Shown: positions 59,569-64,000 of the stretch, in pieces | Numbering within the stretch: position 1 is the stretch's first letter | How the letters are laid out: each line of letters begins with the position of its first letter | Assembly (NCBI GenBank): GCA_964388175.1 | Contig: CAYLYS010000001.1 | Span: forward strand, 908-64,907 | Length of the DNA: 64,000 nt | Direction: 5' to 3' | DNA from: an uncultured Chromatiales bacterium | GTDB taxonomy: Bacteria > Pseudomonadota > Gammaproteobacteria > SZUA-140 | The notes under the pieces: model-generated | Seen by the model: the letters and a program-made list of their open reading frames with translations, nothing else | Told to the model about the DNA's origin: nothing | The model's database searches: none | Position numbers and translations under genes: made by a program

Positions 59569-60420
59569 ATGTCGATCACTGAACCAGGCGTATTGTACAT
59601 CGTTGCCACGCCCATCGGTCATCTGGGCGACATCGGCGCGCGCGCACTGCAGGTGCTGGCGCAGGTCGATCTCATCGCCGCCGAGGATACGCGTCACAGC
59701 GCGCGCCTGCTGCGCCATCACGGTATCACCACGCCCTGCGTCGCCCTGCACGAGCATAACGAGCGCGCACAGGTGCCGAAACTGCTCGAACGGCTGCGTG
59801 AGGGCGCCTCGCTGGCGCTGATCAGCGACGCCGGCACACCGCTCGTCAGCGATCCGGGTTTTCATCTCGTGCGTGCCGCCCAGGACGCCGGCCTGCGTGC
59901 ATCGCCCGTCCCCGGCCCATCGGCGGCGATCGCGGCGCTTTCCGTGTCGGGACTGGCGGTGGACCGCTTCGCCTTCGAGGGCTTCCTTCCCGCCAAGACG
60001 GTAGCGCGCGCGCGTCGGTTGGAAGCGCTCGCGTGCGAGCCGCGTACGCTCATTTTCTACGAAGCGCCGCACCGTATCGTCGCCACGCTGCAGGCGATGG
60101 CGGCGGCTTTCGGCGCCGGGCGCGAAGCATGCTGCGCGCGCGAAATATCGAAAATTCACGAAACCGTGCGCCGGCTGCCGCTGGCGGAACTGGCGGCCTG
60201 GGTGGAAGCGGACCGCGAGCAGCAACTCGGCGAGATCGTCATCGTGGTGCAGGGTGCGCCGGAAACCGCCGGCGACGAAGCCGAGGCACGCCGTACGCTG
60301 GCGATATTGCAGCAGGTGCTGCCGCTCGGACAGGCGGCCGCGGTGGCGGCGCAGCTGACCGGCGTGGCGAAGAACACGCTGTACGCCTGGGGCGTCGAGC
60401 GGGCGGGGGTAGGGGAGTGA
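59569..60420 (+). CDS. rsmI: 16S rRNA (cytidine1402-2'-O)-methyltransferase
   Basis: Tetrapyrrole-methylase fold (LYIVATPIGHLGDI...). 283 aa. Confidence 0.9.
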   Translation: MSITEPGVLYIVATPIGHLGDIGARALQVLAQVDLIAAEDTRHSARLLRHHGITTPCVALHEHNERAQVPKLLERLREGASLALISDAGTPLVSDPGFHLVRAAQDAGLRASPVPGPSAAIAALSVSGLAVDRFAFEGFLPAKTVARARRLEALACEPRTLIFYEAPHRIVATLQAMAAAFGAGREACCAREISKIHETVRRLPLAELAAWVEADREQQLGEIVIVVQGAPETAGDEAEARRTLAILQQVLPLGQAAAVAAQLTGVAKNTLYAWGVERAGVGE

Positions 60421-60502
60421 TTCCGTCTGGTGACCGCTGTCCTGCGGTCGCCAGCGCTCCAGTTTGCTTGTAAATGGTTGCCGCGACCTATATCTTGCTC
60501 GC

Positions 60503-60848
60503 GGGAGTCGGCCGGACAGTCGCTCGCGGTTTTGCCGCGGGAGGAAAGTCCGGGCTCCACAGGGCAGGGTGCCAGGTAATGCCTGGGCGGCGCGAGCCGA
60601 CGGAAAGTGCAACAGAAAATATACCGCCCGCCGTTCGCGGCGGGTAAGGGTGAAATGGTGCGGTAAGAGCGCACCGCGCTGGCGGTAACGTCAGTGGCAG
60701 TGCAAACCCCACCCGGAGCAAGACCAAATAGGGGAACGATGGCGCGGCCCGCGCCGTTCCCGGGTAGGTCGCTCGAGGCGCGCGGCGACGCGCGTCCCAG
60801 ATGAATGACTGTTCTCGACAGAACCCGGCTTACAGGCCGGCTCCCTCT
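60503..60848 (+). ncRNA. rnpB: RNase P RNA, bacterial class A
   Basis: Conserved blocks colinear with E. coli M1 RNA: GGAGGAAAGTCCGGGCTCCACAGGGCAGGGTGCCAGGTAATGCCTGGG ... AGGGTGAAATGGTGCGGTAAGAGCGCACC ... CCACCCGGAGCAAGACCAAATAGGGG ... AGATGAATGACTGTTCTCGACAGAACCCGGCTTA. Confidence 0.9.
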
Positions 60849-60875
60849 CTGTCACTTGGCGGTCGCGCCGGATTT

Positions 60876-61841
60876 TCAGGCGCGGCCGTTCAATTGCGCG
60901 ATGGCGATGCGCACCGCCTTGCGCACCTCCGGATCGCCGTCCTTTTCAGCTTCGTGCAATGCCGGCAGCGCTTCGGGTCGGCCCAGTTCACCGAGTGCCA
61001 GTGCCGCTTCCTTGCGCAGATTGCTGATCTCGTGAGCGAGCAGCGCGCTCAGCGCCGCGGCGGCGGGAGCGAAGCGCAGCCTGCCCAGCGCGCGCGCCGC
61101 CTGCAGCCGGACCTGCCAGTAGCTGTCCGCGAGCGCCTGCATCAGTGCCCTGCCGCCCTCGTCGTGGCGCAGTTTGCCCAGGGTGTTGGCCGCTTCCTCG
61201 CGCACCTGCCAGGCCGGGTCCTGCAGCGCGCGCTGCAGCGCGGGCAGCACACCGCCATCGCGCGCCAGACCGAGCGCGCCGGCGGCGGCGCGGCGGACGT
61301 CGACGTCATCGTCGCTGTCGAGCAGCCGTGCCAGGAACGGCAGCGCCGGCTCATGTTTCAGCCAGCCCAGCACGCCGATCGCTTCACGGCGCACGCCGGC
61401 GTCCTCGTCGCGCAGGGCGGCCAGCGCCGCGCCGGCGCTTTCCGGCAGGCGCAGTTCGCGCAGTGCGCGCAGTGCATGGCGGCGCACACCGGCATCGTCG
61501 TGCGCTACCCAGGGCAGGATGACGTGCCCGGCGCCGCCGCTCTTGAGCTGGGCCAGGCTTTGCGCCGCCGCTTCGCGCACGATCGGGCTGCCGTCGGTCA
61601 GTGCTTCGCACAGCGCCGTGACCGCCGCGGTTTCCTCCCATCCTTCGAGCACGCGCGCCGCTTCGCTGCGCACCGTGTCGTCGCTGTCGCGGCGCAGTGC
61701 ATATATCAAGGCGGGCAGGGTTTCCGGCTCTTCGAGGTCGGCGAGGTCGAGCACGGCGATGCGGCGCACGCCGGCGTCGGCGTCGCGCAGGCGCTGCTCC
61801 AGCCTGAGTATTTCGGGATCCTTGCTGGCGGATGAGTGCAT
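60876..61841 (-). CDS. HEAT repeat domain-containing protein
   Basis: Tandem PBS-lyase/HEAT-like repeats (DxxVRxxAAxALG). Start set at MHSSASK. Confidence 0.7.
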   Translation of the reverse strand: MHSSASKDPEILRLEQRLRDADAGVRRIAVLDLADLEEPETLPALIYALRRDSDDTVRSEAARVLEGWEETAAVTALCEALTDGSPIVREAAAQSLAQLKSGGAGHVILPWVAHDDAGVRRHALRALRELRLPESAGAALAALRDEDAGVRREAIGVLGWLKHEPALPFLARLLDSDDDVDVRRAAAGALGLARDGGVLPALQRALQDPAWQVREEAANTLGKLRHDEGGRALMQALADSYWQVRLQAARALGRLRFAPAAAALSALLAHEISNLRKEAALALGELGRPEALPALHEAEKDGDPEVRKAVRIAIAQLNGRA

Positions 61842-61926
61842 TGCCGTGTTCTCTGCTGCTGGGTGAGGTGCGCGGCGCTGGTGCGCCGGGTCTGCTGTTG
61901 TTCCAGTTATTGCTTTAATCATTGCG

Positions 61927-62751
61927 CTAGTTATTGTTCAGGCCGAGCGGCGACAGGCGGGCCAGCTCCGGTCCGTGCTCGTGGCGGAGCAGTTCCAGGC
62001 AATAGCGCTTGAGCCGGGAGAATTCCGCCGTGGTGACGACCTCCTCCGCGCGCGGGCGTGGGAAGCGCACGGCGATATCGTCGATGATGCGGCCGGGGCG
62101 CGGGCTCATCATCAGGACACGGTCGGCCAGGAACAGCGCTTCGTCGATGTCGTGGGTGACGAAGACGACGGTGGTGCGGATGCGCGTCCAGATGTCCAGC
62201 AGCAGCTGCTGCATGTCCATGCGCGTCTGCGCGTCGAGCGCACCGAACGGCTCGTCCATCAGCAGCAGGTGCGGGCGATTGACCAGCACGCGGGCGATCT
62301 CCACGCGCTGCTGCATGCCGCCGGAGAGCTGACTGGGCCAGCGTTGCTCGAAGCCCTGCAGTCCGACCAGCTTGATGATTTCGAGCGCCTGCCGGTGCCG
62401 TTCGTCTTTCTTCAGGCCGCGCATCTTCAGGCCGAAGGCGACGTTGTCGATGACGCGCGCCCACGGGAACAGGGTGTGGTGCTGGAACACCATGCCGCGC
62501 TCGGGCGAGGGGCCCGATACGGGCGCGTTGTCCACGCGCATCTGCCCGGCGCTCGGCGCGAGATGCCCGGCCAGCGCGCCGAGCAGCGTGGACTTGCCGC
62601 AGCCCGACGGTCCGAGGATGCAGACGAACTCGCCCGGAGAGACGTGGATGCTGAGGTCGCGCACCGCTTCGAAGCGGTCTTTTTCCTTACCGAGGTGGAT
62701 CGACAGATGATCGATGGCGATATTGCCGGCGAGCCGTTCGGGTGCGTTCAT
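61927..62751 (-). CDS. ABC transporter ATP-binding protein (NitT/TauT family)
   Basis: Walker A GPSGCGKST, signature LSGGMQQR, Walker B LLLMDEPFGALD. 274-aa C-terminal part of called ORF 61927..63483. Confidence 0.85.
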   Translation of the reverse strand: MNAPERLAGNIAIDHLSIHLGKEKDRFEAVRDLSIHVSPGEFVCILGPSGCGKSTLLGALAGHLAPSAGQMRVDNAPVSGPSPERGMVFQHHTLFPWARVIDNVAFGLKMRGLKKDERHRQALEIIKLVGLQGFEQRWPSQLSGGMQQRVEIARVLVNRPHLLLMDEPFGALDAQTRMDMQQLLLDIWTRIRTTVVFVTHDIDEALFLADRVLMMSPRPGRIIDDIAVRFPRPRAEEVVTTAEFSRLKRYCLELLRHEHGPELARLSPLGLNNN

Positions 62752-63548
62752 CAGAAACTCTTCCTCAGGTAGTACCAGGGTATGAGCAGATTGCCGAGGT
62801 GCCTGACCAGCAGGCTGCTGCCCATGCCGAGCAGGCCGATCAGCAGCATGCCGACGACGATGTCGGCGTAGTTCTGGATGACGTAGCTCTCCCAGGTGTA
62901 ATAGCCGATGCCCCACTGTCCGGAGATCATTTCCGCCGTCACCAGGCAGAACCACGAAGTGCCCATGCCGATGGTCAGGCCGGTGATGATGCTGGGCGCG
63001 GCGCCGGGCAGGATGACGCCGCGCAGAATGGCGCTCGGGCTGGCGCCGAGACTGCGCGCCGAAGCGATCAGGCGCTTGTCCACCGCTTCCACGCCGTGGA
63101 TGGTGCTGAGCAGGATGGGGAAGAGCGCGCCGGTGAAGGTGATGAAGATCATCGACAGTTCCGAGGACGGGAACATCAGGATCGCCAGCGGAATCCACGC
63201 CACCGCCGGAATGGGGCGCAACACTTCGAGCGGCGGCAGCAGCACCGCGCCGACGCGGCGCGAGCGGCCGATGAGCAGGCCGAGACCGATGCCGAGCAGG
63301 GCGGCGGTGAAATAACCGCTGAAAACCCGGCTCAGGCTGCTGCCCACATGGGGCAGCAGCTTGCTGGAGTTGAACAGGTGCCAGGCGGCGTCGGCGACAT
63401 CGGCGGGTGGCGGTACATGTGTGAACTCCACGAAGCCGAGATTCAGTTTCTGCGTCGACGCAATCTGCCAGAACAGCAGACATCCCAGCAGCGAAGCTGC
63501 CGGGATGATGATGCGATACGCCTTGCTGCTGAATGATCCGGCGGCCAT
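62751..63548 (-). CDS. ABC transporter permease (NitT/TauT family)
   Basis: Six TM helices and the BPD_transp_1 EAA-like loop. Start set at MAAGSFSS. Confidence 0.8.
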   Translation of the reverse strand: MAAGSFSSKAYRIIIPAASLLGCLLFWQIASTQKLNLGFVEFTHVPPPADVADAAWHLFNSSKLLPHVGSSLSRVFSGYFTAALLGIGLGLLIGRSRRVGAVLLPPLEVLRPIPAVAWIPLAILMFPSSELSMIFITFTGALFPILLSTIHGVEAVDKRLIASARSLGASPSAILRGVILPGAAPSIITGLTIGMGTSWFCLVTAEMISGQWGIGYYTWESYVIQNYADIVVGMLLIGLLGMGSSLLVRHLGNLLIPWYYLRKSF

Positions 63549-63558
63549 GGCTTGTTTC

Positions 63559-64000
63559 CTAGCGGCTGGCGGCGACGAAGTCGCGCACCTGTCCGCCGTG
63601 CTCGCGCGCATGGCCCTCGGCCTGGTCCTTGAGCAGGAAGGCGCTCAACTGGCCTTTGCCGTCGTCGACGAACCAGGCCTGGCTGGCGAGCAGCTTGATG
63701 CCGCTGTCGCGCGCCTGGGCGTAGACCGCGCGGATGCCCTTGCCTTCCTGCTCCAGTTCGGCGAGTGCCTTGAATGCCGCTTCGGGGGAGGCGTAGTGGC
63801 GCACGGCCGGTTCGTCCTTGACCCAGATCTGCGCCAGGCGGGTGAAGTCGGTGATGGCTTGTCCGCTGACCGCGTCCTTGGCGACCAGCGGCACCGGCGC
63901 ATAGTTCTTCAGCGCGGCGTCGTAGTCCTTGTCGCTCTGCTTGAACGCTTCACGGATGTACTGGTCGGTGATGAAGGCGTTGACGTCGAGGTCGCGGCTG
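63559..64000 (-). CDS. ABC transporter substrate-binding protein (partial, continues beyond window end)
   Basis: The reading frame stays open upstream of the called GTG start, to the window edge. The sequence resembles the C-terminal lobe of a NitT/TauT SBP. Confidence 0.5.
   Translation of the reverse strand, partial: SRDLDVNAFITDQYIREAFKQSDKDYDAALKNYAPVPLVAKDAVSGQAITDFTRLAQIWVKDEPAVRHYASPEAAFKALAELEQEGKGIRAVYAQARDSGIKLLASQAWFVDDGKGQLSAFLLKDQAEGHAREHGGQVRDFVAASR

Noticed and set aside
60801-61835. 344-aa plus-strand ORF opposite the HEAT-repeat gene
   Set aside because: Antisense shadow ORF. The minus-strand product has clear HEAT repeats.
1-64000. CRISPR arrays, rRNA genes, IS elements
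   Set aside because: No short regularly spaced direct repeats, rRNA-like conserved blocks, transposase ORFs or terminal inverted repeats were seen anywhere in the window.

Overview
High-GC (~65%) chromosomal segment, probably from a gammaproteobacterium. The conserved rsmI | lpoA-yraN-dolP cluster, sspA-sspB, gshA-gshB, birA-coaX-SPOR and pyrR-pyrB-pyrC support that placement. Most of the window is ordinary housekeeping DNA: a pyrimidine operon, ruvX/yqgE, TonB, an ApbE/NusG-II/Gx-transporter flavin module, glutathione synthesis, bioA/rsmE, peroxiredoxins with OxyR, RNase D, an M16 peptidase, envelope genes (Ldt, Lpp-like, MlaA, DsbB, LpoA, DolP), DjlA, RNase P RNA and an ABC transporter. The accessory feature is a ~13.7 kb integrated element inserted at tRNA-Thr(UGU), spanning about 19.1 to 32.8 kb. 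It is bounded by a perfect 48-bp direct repeat of the tRNA 3' half. Its genes are a tyrosine integrase, an AlpA-like excisionase, a P4-like zinc-ribbon/TOPRIM primase, a P-loop replication ATPase, a P22 gp3-like small terminase, a second small-terminase homologue interrupted by an in-frame TAG, and lipoprotein morons. No capsid or tail genes are present, so the architecture is that of a phage satellite (PICI/P4-like). At the attR end a ~2.6 kb lower-GC (estimated ~45%) cassette carries two or three proteins with no recognisable family: a 282-aa soluble protein, a 319-aa protein with two N-terminal TM helices and a cytoplasmic domain, and an overlapping 61-aa basic peptide. This cassette is the best candidate for a previously undescribed system, most plausibly an anti-phage or abortive-infection module riding on the satellite. 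Many long antisense shadow ORFs in the track are rejected as artefacts of the high GC content.
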